DNA from: Candidatus Bathyarchaeia archaeon
GTDB lineage: Archaea; Thermoproteota; Bathyarchaeia; Bathyarchaeales; Bathycorpusculaceae
Reading direction: 5' to 3'
Assembly: GCA_050015395.1 (NCBI GenBank)
Contig: JBEKBM010000001.1
Coordinates: 109,403 to 173,402 of the forward strand
DNA: 64,000 nucleotides
Of this stretch, positions 1-9,809 are shown in pieces (the first letter of the stretch is position 1; each line of letters opens with the position of its first letter). Made by a program: the position numbers and the translations under genes. A model generated the notes under the pieces. It saw nothing but the letters and a program-made list of their open reading frames with translations, was not told the DNA's origin and did no database searches.

Positions 1-90
1 CCTCCCACATGCCAAATTTCGCCAGCGGGATTAGTCGCGGTCTGTGCAGGAAGCAGTCAAACTTTCACTTTTAGCGCTTTAACTGGCTGA
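1..90 (+). other. Possible 3' end or fragment of a surface-protein repeat domain
   Basis: Frame 1 reads PPTCQISPAGLVAVCAGSSQTFTFSALTG*, resembling the 'ISPSGxVxVxxGxSQTFTI' repeats of archaeal/bacterial surface proteins. The start lies outside the window or is missing. Confidence 0.3.
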
Positions 91-462
91 AGAATATATT
101 GTTAACCAATTATTTAACATTAGACCTCACCGACGCATAGTTCTAGCACTTTCTTTTCGTTTTCAGCTAAAATCGGGTTTTGCAAGTTTTCTTCAGTCTT
201 CAGCTTCTTCAATAAATTGTAGATGTCTTCAGCATTGTTGCGTTGAATCTTCCGTGAGTTTCTGTTCTTTTACATCCTCAACTTAGAAACTCTCGCTTTG
301 ATTTTAACGCTAGATACATTAGTTTTGAAGAAGCAAAACAAATCTTAGAGTTTCAGGCTGTAACTAAGGCCCTAGAGAATGCTAAGAACTTTGAGCCTTA
401 CAAAGTTGGCAAATTCATTTTCTATCGCAGAGGCACAGGGGGCCTATGGTTATATGTAGTAC

Positions 463-847
463 TCACTCCTTACAGCGTGGACAACTCATTTTTTTTGCTC
501 CTTGTTTAACTGCTAAACTTACTGCAAAAGGAATTTTTGCTCTCTTACTTGGCGGTCTGGGCATTGTAGCATTTGAACTAAGCCAGTGTTGTTTTGAATT
601 TTGAGCTTTCACCATTGGCAGAAATATAGTTCCCCAGAAATCAGTATTTTTCTGGAAAAGAAGTTCAAAATCATAATCAGAATGCCGGTTGTAGATTTTC
701 CTTCAAAGGCAAATGGCGGACATCAGCGCAGATAGTAGGCCTAAACTTCTTTTCGACATCTACCGTAACAACTTCATAATCTTCTTTGAATGCCTGGCTG
801 AAACCTTCTTCACCGCTACAGAGGTCTACACAAAGAGGTTTAACCAT
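463..847 (-). pseudogene. Degraded virus/plasmid-type C5 DNA methyltransferase (N- and C-terminal pieces, middle missing)
   Basis: 847..677 reads MVKPLCVDLCSGEEGFSQAFKEDYEVVTVDVEKKFRPTICADVRHLP... (motif-I-like DLxSG, TVD, ICAD). About 654..463 reads QKNTDFWG...RAKIPFAVSLAV. The catalytic PC motif is not present. Confidence 0.55.
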
Positions 848-1156
848 TATTCTTTGCCTCTTATGCTATTTGCCGTTAAAGAATTAACTGAGTTATCCCA
901 CTTATTCCTTGTGCAAATTTTATAATCACCAGAAACACAAATCCAGCTGCCTTCATCGCATTCGTGCGCGGTGGAGCGAATGAAAGTCTCGTCACTGTCG
1001 TCATCTCTTCAGGACATTGTGGCAATCAAATAAGCGGGCGCACAAACTATAAAACGCTTATATAGACAGTTTATACGTAAGAAGAGGGACCTTGCGATAA
1101 CTAAAAAACAGAACTTCGAAGAGCTTCTGGAAGAAGAATCCAAGTATTGGGGCTAT

Positions 1157-2098
1157 ATGGCACACAAGGGACTCGAAGAAGGGAAACTTCCAGATCTGCA
1201 GGTCCATTTCAGAAAACAAAATGCTCAAGCTCTTTCGGATGATAGTGAAGTTAACTTTTTTGTTAGAGGCAAATATATCTCGAAGATATTGAATGCCTGT
1301 TGCGCTAAAAATGCTGCAAAGTGTTTAGAGTTATGCTGCGGCACAGGTTCATTAGCCCTTGAAGCAGCACGTAGAGGCGCAGATGTTACTGGTATTGATA
1401 TCTCATCTGAAGCTATCCAGATTGGGCAACAATATCAAGGGAAGATTTTAAAACATCTCACTTCGGGAAAGGTCAATTTATTTGTTGGCGACCTCAATAG
1501 AATTAAACTTCCACAAAGAGAATATGATTCCGTCTTCGTTTGGGACGGTCTTCATCACATCAATAATATAGATCATTTAGTTTCTGAGGTCTACAAAACA
1601 TTAAAAGATAATGCCGTTTTCGCAGTCCACGATCACGTTTCCCCTTCAACTTCAAAGTGGAAGATCATTTTTGCAACTGTAACTTCTGAATTCCTTCTCC
1701 TCATCTTACCAACAAGCGATGACTTCTCTACAAAAATCAAACCGGCTTTGTCATTTATAATAAAAAAACTAAAAAGACAAAGTACCAAAAGAAAGAGAAC
1801 TAAAGAAGTTTTGACTTCGCCATTTGAGGATGTTTCTGGAGAGAACATAATCAACACCATAATGGGTACGTTCAAAATTACAGAGCTAAAAAGATATTCT
1901 GGCGGCATATCCCATCGTGTTGCTGCTAGGCTCAGACCGGATTGTAGATGTAAATTTGGCCTAATACGTTTTGTCTGCACCTTAGATACTCTCTTAATAT
2001 CATTAAGAATTCTAAAACCCGAGTATTTCTTTCTTATAGCACATAAAAAAGAAGAAATCCATAATTCCAGGCTACTGCAAGCTACTTCAAGAGCCTGA
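1157..2098 (+). CDS. Class I SAM-dependent methyltransferase
   Basis: LELCCGTG motif I, GIDIS motif II, YDSVFVWDGLHHI. The frame is open upstream (to at least about 1091), so the true start may be earlier. Confidence 0.85.
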   Translation: MAHKGLEEGKLPDLQVHFRKQNAQALSDDSEVNFFVRGKYISKILNACCAKNAAKCLELCCGTGSLALEAARRGADVTGIDISSEAIQIGQQYQGKILKHLTSGKVNLFVGDLNRIKLPQREYDSVFVWDGLHHINNIDHLVSEVYKTLKDNAVFAVHDHVSPSTSKWKIIFATVTSEFLLLILPTSDDFSTKIKPALSFIIKKLKRQSTKRKRTKEVLTSPFEDVSGENIINTIMGTFKITELKRYSGGISHRVAARLRPDCRCKFGLIRFVCTLDTLLISLRILKPEYFFLIAHKKEEIHNSRLLQATSRA

Positions 2099-2329
2099 TT
2101 CTTTAGGTCAGCACGAACGACTAGCGCGCTTGTTTTTACAAAAAGATTCTCCGTTCGAGAAAAACATTAAGTTTAAAATAATGGTATAGAGGTGTGTAGC
2201 GCGCTGCCTTGTCCCGATATTATAAATTGAAGAATGTTGGGTGAGACTTCGGCCAAAACGTGTTCATCAACGAAGCCCGTTAGTGCTCAAACAAGCAAAA
2301 ACGGACTTATAACCATTTTTAACCATTTA

Positions 2330-2600
2330 TTTAATTCCCCTGCGCGCGCTTGCGCAGTACTCCGTCTCAACTAAGGAAAAAGCATAGCATGGGCATTATT
2401 CAGTCCTCTCTTCTTGTTGTTAAAAACTTGCCAGCCTAAACTTTTCGCGACCGCTTTTGTACCGTCACTTGAAAAATCGTCAACGATGAACTTTCTGTTA
2501 ATGGGTGGAATTACTCGACTAATCTGAGGTAGAACTATGGGTGACACTTCTTCACTATTATGAGTACACATCCACACATCAAACGGTTTTAAAGGCATTT
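2330..2600 (-). pseudogene. Truncated, frameshifted GT2 glycosyltransferase fragment
   Basis: KPFDVWMCTHNSEE...FIVDDFSSDGTKAVAKSLGWQVF, then a frameshifted continuation YAFSLVETEYCAS, then a stop. Only the N-terminal part of the GT-A fold is present. Confidence 0.65.
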
Positions 2601-2695
2601 CTCTATCACCACATAGACATCTTCTTCCGACACCGCCTTTTATGATGAAATAATATCTTTCCTTGTAAAGACATGGAATGTTCATACGTTCCATT

Positions 2696-3703
2696 TTAGC
2701 ATCCCTCATTTTTAATCCCCGCATTTTGTTTTTCAAATACCACACTTGGATAAGCCAATCTTGAGTTATTTTCCACCAGTTTTTTAAACTCTTGCAGAGA
2801 GATATTCGAAGCAATGATCGGTAGCTTATTTCCAGCTTTCTTCAAAAGGAATCTAACAATTTCGTTTTCTTCAACCTTATCTTCAAAAACCGCAAATCGA
2901 ACTCTGAAGTTATTTTCCTCCAGAATATGAAATATCTCATTCACTTTTCCAGGTTCAAGATATGGAATCTCGGGATGCAGCTCCATAAGAATTTTTATGT
3001 CCCTATTAAGAGTCTTAACCATTCCCTTAATTATCTCGTATTCAGAGCCTTCTACATCCATGCGAATAAAGTTCGGAGGAGTTTTGTCTTTGAAGAAAGT
3101 ATCCACCGTCGCCACAGGTACTTCTTCTTCACTAACGATTTTGCCAATTTTGCCACTAACAGCAGCGTTTCTGTTCATAGTGCATAAATTAGTCTTGTCT
3201 GAAACGTACATAGTCCCCGATTTTGCATCTTCATCGCCAAATGCAAACTGGAACGTAGAAACATTCTTCAGATTATTTAGTTGCACATTCCTTTTCAGTA
3301 ACTCAAAATTGCTGCGAACTGGTTCGACAGCATAGACTTTTCCGCTTTTCCCTACAAGTTGTGATTCAATCAGCACGTAATAACCGATGTTGGCTCCAAT
3401 ATCTAAGACAATATCACCATCTTTGAGGGCACCTGAGTGCATCAAGTAGTCCGTACAGTTTGGTTCTCTTTTTTTGTACAAAAATAGGTCGAAGTGAATA
3501 CAGTTAATGCCACCTTTTCTTGGAAACAAAAGCATCTTGGATTTGTTCACCTCTACAATAGCGCTTTCAGGGATGTGTTTTAGATACGGAAGAATACTTC
3601 TCTTCGATAGCGATAACGCCAAAAGCATAAAAACTGTCTTAACAAAGCCTTTCTCTTTAGCTTGTTTGATGGTTTTATGGAATGGTAGTTTCATTTTCCC
3701 CAT
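2696..3703 (-). CDS. FkbM family methyltransferase
   Basis: VLDIGANIGYY, VYAVEP, IRMDVEGSEYEIIKG and IxMELHP motifs. Confidence 0.9.
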   Translation of the reverse strand: MGKMKLPFHKTIKQAKEKGFVKTVFMLLALSLSKRSILPYLKHIPESAIVEVNKSKMLLFPRKGGINCIHFDLFLYKKREPNCTDYLMHSGALKDGDIVLDIGANIGYYVLIESQLVGKSGKVYAVEPVRSNFELLKRNVQLNNLKNVSTFQFAFGDEDAKSGTMYVSDKTNLCTMNRNAAVSGKIGKIVSEEEVPVATVDTFFKDKTPPNFIRMDVEGSEYEIIKGMVKTLNRDIKILMELHPEIPYLEPGKVNEIFHILEENNFRVRFAVFEDKVEENEIVRFLLKKAGNKLPIIASNISLQEFKKLVENNSRLAYPSVVFEKQNAGIKNEGC

Positions 3704-3777
3704 CTCTTTAGAATGGACAATCTTGTTTTTCTCCTTTTCAAGTCTCCTATGACTTTCAGCCTGCAGACTATCCTTTC

Positions 3778-3978
3778 CTAATTAGTGATTCTCCAAGCGT
3801 CTATATCTCTACCAAAGAAAATAGATTGAGAGACAGCATATTTCTCTACTTTCCCTTCCGAAAGAAGTTCAAACAAATATACCTTACAAGTCATACGCGC
3901 AACTCCCATTTCTTCGGATATGTTGGACGTTGTATCGCCTTCTTTCATGTGAACCCCATTATTCTCCATATCTACCAT
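3778..3978 (-). CDS. Small winged helix-turn-helix protein (possibly a relic)
   Basis: TTSNISEEMGVARMTCKVYLFELLSEGKVEK wHTH pattern, 66 aa. Confidence 0.5.
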   Translation of the reverse strand: MVDMENNGVHMKEGDTTSNISEEMGVARMTCKVYLFELLSEGKVEKYAVSQSIFFGRDIDAWRITN

Positions 3979-4104
3979 AATTCTCTCCTTTTCTTTCTAC
4001 TTTATCTTCGTGTTTTCCCAAATTTATCACTTCTTAGTTTTTAACTAGTTTGCTTGCTAATATATCTTCAAAAAAATCGTTGATTTTAACTGATTAAGGT
4101 TCAG

Positions 4105-4164
4105 AGGCTTGTCACACCAAAAAGCATCCAAATTCACAGGTGGGTAAACAACAATTGGGTCTTT
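4105..4164 (-). repeat. Diverged ~60-bp copy of an internal segment of the GT4 gene (5864-5922)
   Basis: cacaccaaaaagcatccaaattcacaggtgggtaaacaacaattgggtcttt versus cacaccaaaaattatccaagttcacaggtgggtaaacaacaattgggtcttt. It translates KDPIVVYPPVNLDAFWCDKPL versus KDPIVVYPPVNLDNFWCDKPL. Confidence 0.85.
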
Positions 4165-4172
4165 ATTGTGTT

Positions 4173-5243
4173 TTAGAGTTGGTAAATAAAGCGTTTTCCA
4201 TGAGCCATGTCTTCGAGTTTTTGTCTTCCCTGAAGATGGAATTTTCTTATTAAAATTCTTCGATGGAGTCGTGCCTGCCTAACACGTTCAATAAACAGCT
4301 TATTCATGGTGAACAAATCTTTAATTGCACTTGCATAGGTAGCTTTTCTTTGTCTTGTTCGAGCCAGCTCGTATCTGAGTAAACTCCGTTGGAAGTGAGC
4401 AAAAAATATATAAAGCCAAAAAGAATATGGGGCGATCTTTAAATACATGGCGTGGAGGTTAAGCATCTCAAGCCTCAGATTTCTGTCGCTTATCAGATTG
4501 CTGGCAGCTCGGCTACCTTTATGCTTGGCTTTTACATGGGGAATAAAAAGTAGCTTATAACCTGCACATGTCATCCGCCATCCAAGATCAACATCCTCAT
4601 AGTTGAAGATGAAGGTGCTGTCAAATCCGCCGACCCCTAAAAACGCGTCTTTTTTGACGAGCATAAATGCGCTCCTTAAGGATGGAACTTCATCTGTTTG
4701 CAGATTGCTTAGAATTTTGAGCGGCACTCCAGCGTTCCTACAATATGCAGTGTATCGGGTTCTATCCACCTTTTTTATGAAGTCTCCAGCCGAATCAACA
4801 ATTTCTGGTGCAAATCTAATAAGTAGAGGCTGAAGGCCTTGACACTTATCGGTTTGCAAATACTGCAGTAAAGGGTTTATGTCATCCACAACCATCGTGT
4901 CATCATCAGCGAAGAGAAGGATTGAAGAATCAGCCAATAGTGCTCCAAGGTTTCTTCCAAATGCAGGTTCTTTATCGTTTTCAGTGTTAATCAATACAAG
5001 TCTTACTTTTGTTAGATTCGGCTTGCCTTTTGACATGTCAAGCAAACTTTGCTCGGCGTCTTTCTCCGATTCGATTAAGTCTGTTACCAAAATAACTTCA
5101 TATTTTATTGATAACCTACTTGTTGAATCCAATAAAAGGGTGACATATTTGTTGGGAAACTTTGGGAAAACTACAATAATACTTACAGTGGGTTCCCCTG
5201 TATTATTGGCGATACTTATTGTTTTCGAAATTACTCCTCCCAC
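4173..5243 (-). CDS. Glycosyltransferase family 2
   Basis: VSIIVV, GRNLGA, LLFADDD (DxD), GGFDSTFIFNYEDVDLGWR. Confidence 0.9.
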   Translation of the reverse strand: MGGVISKTISIANNTGEPTVSIIVVFPKFPNKYVTLLLDSTSRLSIKYEVILVTDLIESEKDAEQSLLDMSKGKPNLTKVRLVLINTENDKEPAFGRNLGALLADSSILLFADDDTMVVDDINPLLQYLQTDKCQGLQPLLIRFAPEIVDSAGDFIKKVDRTRYTAYCRNAGVPLKILSNLQTDEVPSLRSAFMLVKKDAFLGVGGFDSTFIFNYEDVDLGWRMTCAGYKLLFIPHVKAKHKGSRAASNLISDRNLRLEMLNLHAMYLKIAPYSFWLYIFFAHFQRSLLRYELARTRQRKATYASAIKDLFTMNKLFIERVRQARLHRRILIRKFHLQGRQKLEDMAHGKRFIYQL

Positions 5244-5313
5244 TGAAGTTTGCTTTGGCTAAGGCTAACGCTTAATGCATAGTGCCATGAAAGGTCTCTA
5301 TTAATCTTTTGGA

Positions 5314-6462
5314 TTAACCTAGCTGAGTTCCTGTTAGTAAAGTTTGAACGTGAGACCATATTTTGCTTTGAAATGTTTCAGGAGTTAGAACGGAAATTTT
5401 ACTCCATAATTGTTTGCGTTTATTTTCCCAACTTGCGCTTTCATTCTCCGATTCCATGTACTTAACAATTTTTTCTTTCAAATCATCATAGCTTTCCCAT
5501 CTGAACTCTTCAGGGATAAACTCTTTTATTCCTCCGCTATTATGAACCAGCGTGACGCAGCCGCTTGCTAAACCCTCAACGGGAGCTATGCCAAAGTGTT
5601 CTCCTTCCATCAAATGCACGTAAACCCTTGAGTCATGCAGAATTTTAAGCAGGTCTGTCCCTGGCAAGTTAGTTTTCAAAGTATAATTTTGGGCAAGGTT
5701 CTCGGAAAATTTGTTGAACCAATCTTTTTCTGCTTCAATTAATCCGCCGACGCTTACAAACTCGTATGATGGCAAGTCAACGGCTAACTTTTTCATTATT
5801 TCGTGTCTTTTCACTGGAATAAAACGCGCCACATAGGTTACTCTTTTGCGCCTCTCCGATAGCGGCTTATCACACCAAAAATTATCCAAGTTCACAGGTG
5901 GGTAAACAACAATTGGGTCTTTTACGCCGTGTGTTTTCCAGTAGCGTTCAATCATTTCTCTGGTGTAGTTGCTGTTGCAGAAAACCAAATCAAGTTTACT
6001 TGCTCCTTGTTCAACCCACTTCTTAAATAGCCAGAGGTAAACTTTTCTTTTCAGCTTAGCCCTGTCATAGTCAAAGTGTATTTCTGGAAAGTGAACGTAC
6101 GCAATGTTCTTCTTAGCCTTATTTAAGAAAACAGGTTCAAACGGGGAGGATGATTGTGTGGAAAACAAGTAATCATATTCCAAGCGGTCTCTATACCTTT
6201 TTAGTAATTTTGCAAAGTTTTGGCGTCTTTTGTAAATGGTGAAGGGTGGTTTAACCTCAATTCTTTTTCCCAAAGAATGAATAGTGACATTTTTAGGAAA
6301 TTCTTCGCCTACAATCTCTCTATACCTGTTAGCGTCAAAATCGAAAGTCAGCAACTCTACTTTTTGTCTGTGGACAACTAAGGTTTTGATTACGTTGTGA
6401 CATACTCTTTCGCCCCCGCCGTAAATATCCAAGTACGGGTGAATCACGAGAAACGTTGCCAA
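5314..6462 (-). CDS. Glycosyltransferase family 4 (Alg11-like GT-B)
   Basis: HPYLDIYGGGERV, YVHFPE, NSNYT, VYPPV, EHFGIAPVEGLASG. Confidence 0.88.
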   Translation of the reverse strand: MATFLVIHPYLDIYGGGERVCHNVIKTLVVHRQKVELLTFDFDANRYREIVGEEFPKNVTIHSLGKRIEVKPPFTIYKRRQNFAKLLKRYRDRLEYDYLFSTQSSSPFEPVFLNKAKKNIAYVHFPEIHFDYDRAKLKRKVYLWLFKKWVEQGASKLDLVFCNSNYTREMIERYWKTHGVKDPIVVYPPVNLDNFWCDKPLSERRKRVTYVARFIPVKRHEIMKKLAVDLPSYEFVSVGGLIEAEKDWFNKFSENLAQNYTLKTNLPGTDLLKILHDSRVYVHLMEGEHFGIAPVEGLASGCVTLVHNSGGIKEFIPEEFRWESYDDLKEKIVKYMESENESASWENKRKQLWSKISVLTPETFQSKIWSHVQTLLTGTQLG

Positions 6463-6786
6463 GTCATTCCAGCCTGATGTCTTACTCTCTTGATTATTTG
6501 ATAAGCGTATTTAAATGGCACCTAATGAAGTTTTACTCAAAAGCTACCTATGCGGTAAGCCCTCTAGAATGCCTCAAACTAAAATATGACAAGGCTTACA
6601 TATAGCACGCTTGGCAATAACGCTATACCGAACCATCTTCCAAAGCAGGTGAAGCCTCTGGAAAAGCAAAAATCCGTCGCAATAATAGCCGTTAACTGGA
6701 ACCAAAAGAAAACTTTAGCTGCCTGCCTTAAGCTCTTTGAAAAATAAAAGAAAAGGGGGAAATTAGTTTTTTTTCCTTGCGTGTGT

Positions 6787-9585
6787 TTATGGTTTTTTCC
6801 TGAGCATCAATAGAGCTAGTACAATAGCTACTACGATGATTACAACGAATAAGCCGGCGATTGCGGGAACAAAGTACATGTTAGCGACAGATGTCGGAGT
6901 AGCTGTTGGTGCGGTAGTAGCTGCAGGTGCCGGGTTAACTACGAAGTTGGATTCTGAGTATGATGGCCAGTAAGCGTTAGTTCCGTGGAATGTAGCGATG
7001 ACCATGTACGTTCCTGGTACATTTACAGTAGCAGTGTTATAATCGAAGCTGTAGTGGCCGCTCGCATCGCTTGTGACAGTGCCGAGGTCATGGTAGTTGC
7101 CGTTAGGGTCAATAATGGTGATGTCAACTGGTACGCCAGTAGTGTTTGACGGAATAGGATTCTGCATATACACGTATTCCATGTATGGAGTCATGCTTGC
7201 GTCAGAAACAGCTGCAACACCGTTTGGAAAGCGCGCCGCTATTGAAGACTGCGTAGTGCCAGCAGAAATGTCCAGTTCTGAGCCTTGTATCATTAAGCTT
7301 TGTCCCAAGGTGACACCTGATAATGGTGTTTCTACTGTTGTGGCTGTTGGTCCCATGCCGAAGGAGTAGATTTGGTTGTCGTAACCGTTTTCAGCTATAA
7401 GGTAGCCGTCTGCCAGTGCGGTGCCACCAAGCATTCCAGCTGCATCCCAGAAGGTGATGTTCCAGATTGGTGCTCCGTTTGTTGCGTTCATGTCGCCTAG
7501 CATGAATCCGGCTTCAAGGTTTGGTCCTGGGCTGTGTTCCATTCCGTACCAGTACGCATTGCCTGATGCGAAAGCTCCGATGGTTGTGGGGAGGTTGTCC
7601 CAGTAGCCAGTATAGCCCATAGAAGGCGCTTTGTAGCTCCACAATAGCGCTCCAGTCGTAGTGTTGTAGGCGTATACGGTTCCGCCTTCGCCAATTGAGT
7701 CGCTGCTGTATAGCACGCCGTTATAGATGTTTGCTGAGGCGCCGTACATGTGGTTACTAACTTCAGATGCTGCTGATGTCCAGAGTAGTGCTCCTGTGGT
7801 TGCGCTATAGCCCATCCAAAGTGTTGTTTCTTTCTGGAATAATGTAAATACGCCGTTGCCTAGGGCTCCACCTTCGAGGGTTATGTTACCTGTTGGCCAT
7901 GGGTATGCTTGAGACCACACCACTTGGCCCATGGTAGCGGGGTTGGTGCTGATGGCAAATTGTGTGTAGCTAGCGGGTGTAGGATAACTTGTTTCACCGA
8001 GTATCGCTGCGGCTGTGCTGTATATGGCGAGTTGGTCTGCCTTGTCAAGGTATAAAAGTGATGCTGCAGATCCAGGCCCAAACATAGTCATAACAGTGGC
8101 AGTTGCAGCTGCAGGTAGAGTACCAGTGATATTATAAACAGTTGTGCCGACTGATGCGTCTACTTGTCCACCCAGTGGAGGTCTCCACATCCAGTAACCG
8201 TTGGCAGCTACTGTTACGCTGTTTGAAGGATACGTGTCTTGGAGTGTTTTGGTGCTGTTCCATACGCTGAAGGTTTTGGCGAGGAGGTTGGCGGTGTAGA
8301 TTATGAAACTACCGCTTGGGTCAGTAATCAGGCTTGAGGCCCCGAACATTGCTGAAGAGGCTGGCACATTCCAGAGATTGCATATCCAATTGCCGGTGAA
8401 TGCGTCAAACATTGACCAGACGCTCGATCCGTTAGCGGCTGTCCAAATGCTCCAGAGATAGTCGATAGTACCGTGTTGATTGGGTGATTCGTAGTCAAGT
8501 TCCTGCCCCATGCTAAGTTGCGGATAACTCTGTCCGGCGAAGCCAAATCCTAATTGGAATGGACCTGTACTGTTTTGATACCAGACTTGTTGTCCAGTTT
8601 GTAAATTGACGTCAACGAAGCCGTACTCTGGTGGAGTAAGAATGTTATAGTAGAGTTGCCCACCCATGATTATTGGAGGCGCGAATTTTCCCTCATATGA
8701 AAGACCTGTGTAGTAGTTGTCACCACCAGTAGCAATAGCACCTGTGTTACCTGCAACGCCTCCGAAGGTTATGGGTTTAGTCCATGCGATATGGGCGGTT
8801 GTTGGCGATTGTGTGTAGTCATTGAAGTTTGAGCCTATCTGGTTGATAGCTAGCCAGTCGCCTGTGATATAATCCCAGCTCGTGTGTCCACTTTGACTGA
8901 CTGGATTACTCCAGTATTGAGTTGGTAACGGATAAGCGGGTGCGGATGGAATAGCCGTCGATTGCACGTTGACTGTAACTGCGCTGGATGTGTCAGGCTC
9001 GTAATAGTTGCCTATGCTACTGTAGCCTGTTACAAAAACGGACTCCCAAAAAGCCAATACCACAGAAGCCGGTGTGCCTGGGGGCATTCCTGCAGCGGCA
9101 GGGCCATATGCGGCATATTGCTGGGCTTCGGCGAGTTGTGCTGGGTTCAGATTATTGCCTGCGAGAAGTTGTCCAGGATAGACAAATTTGAATGTATAAT
9201 TACCTGTTGTTGCTGGAATGACGGTTTTGAAAATCGTGCCAACGGGGTCTGACGTGTAGGGTCCCAATGTTACTGTGGTGCCGTCTGGCTTCGTTTCGAT
9301 TATAGTTAGATTATACCATCGGTCACCGTATTCTCCGGTCGCGGTTGGTGGATAGTTGCTCATCCAAGCAAAGAGGCTGATTGTTTGACCGACGCCAGCG
9401 GGACTTGGGAAAGCATTAATGTAGGCATGTGATGGAATATCAACTTTGCCTGCAGCTGCTTGTGCGCCAACGAGTGGTACTAGAACTGCGAAAGAACTAG
9501 CAGCTAATATCAAAATTAAAGTAATTGCGCAAATTAATTTGTTTCCGCGGATTGTCAGTTTATTCATAGTGAAAGATTCAGACAT
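6787..9585 (-). CDS. Large secreted, C-terminally anchored surface protein with PQQ-like beta-propeller repeats
   Basis: N-terminal signal peptide, repeated 'xxxTGxxxW' blades (VNLQTGQQVW, YSATTGALLW, YNTTTGALLW, MNATNGAPIW), Pro/Thr linker, C-terminal TM helix ending RKKP. Confidence 0.8.
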   Translation of the reverse strand: MSESFTMNKLTIRGNKLICAITLILILAASSFAVLVPLVGAQAAAGKVDIPSHAYINAFPSPAGVGQTISLFAWMSNYPPTATGEYGDRWYNLTIIETKPDGTTVTLGPYTSDPVGTIFKTVIPATTGNYTFKFVYPGQLLAGNNLNPAQLAEAQQYAAYGPAAAGMPPGTPASVVLAFWESVFVTGYSSIGNYYEPDTSSAVTVNVQSTAIPSAPAYPLPTQYWSNPVSQSGHTSWDYITGDWLAINQIGSNFNDYTQSPTTAHIAWTKPITFGGVAGNTGAIATGGDNYYTGLSYEGKFAPPIIMGGQLYYNILTPPEYGFVDVNLQTGQQVWYQNSTGPFQLGFGFAGQSYPQLSMGQELDYESPNQHGTIDYLWSIWTAANGSSVWSMFDAFTGNWICNLWNVPASSAMFGASSLITDPSGSFIIYTANLLAKTFSVWNSTKTLQDTYPSNSVTVAANGYWMWRPPLGGQVDASVGTTVYNITGTLPAAATATVMTMFGPGSAASLLYLDKADQLAIYSTAAAILGETSYPTPASYTQFAISTNPATMGQVVWSQAYPWPTGNITLEGGALGNGVFTLFQKETTLWMGYSATTGALLWTSAASEVSNHMYGASANIYNGVLYSSDSIGEGGTVYAYNTTTGALLWSYKAPSMGYTGYWDNLPTTIGAFASGNAYWYGMEHSPGPNLEAGFMLGDMNATNGAPIWNITFWDAAGMLGGTALADGYLIAENGYDNQIYSFGMGPTATTVETPLSGVTLGQSLMIQGSELDISAGTTQSSIAARFPNGVAAVSDASMTPYMEYVYMQNPIPSNTTGVPVDITIIDPNGNYHDLGTVTSDASGHYSFDYNTATVNVPGTYMVIATFHGTNAYWPSYSESNFVVNPAPAATTAPTATPTSVANMYFVPAIAGLFVVIIVVAIVLALLMLRKKP

Positions 9586-9809
9586 TTTTCTTTTTCTCCT
9601 ATATTTTATGGTAATAAAATAATACCAGTACTTAATTGGCGCTTTTGGTACTTAACGCTTTGCTGATCGGACGCCGAGCGACAGAAAACATGTGCATGCG
9701 CAACAAGCTGGCAGAAAGTAAACAGGCTAATAAAGCCTACAAAAAATGAAAACGCAGCCAAAAAGTGGCACCGAAACATCCATATTAAAGAATTGGGTTG
9801 CTACTGATT

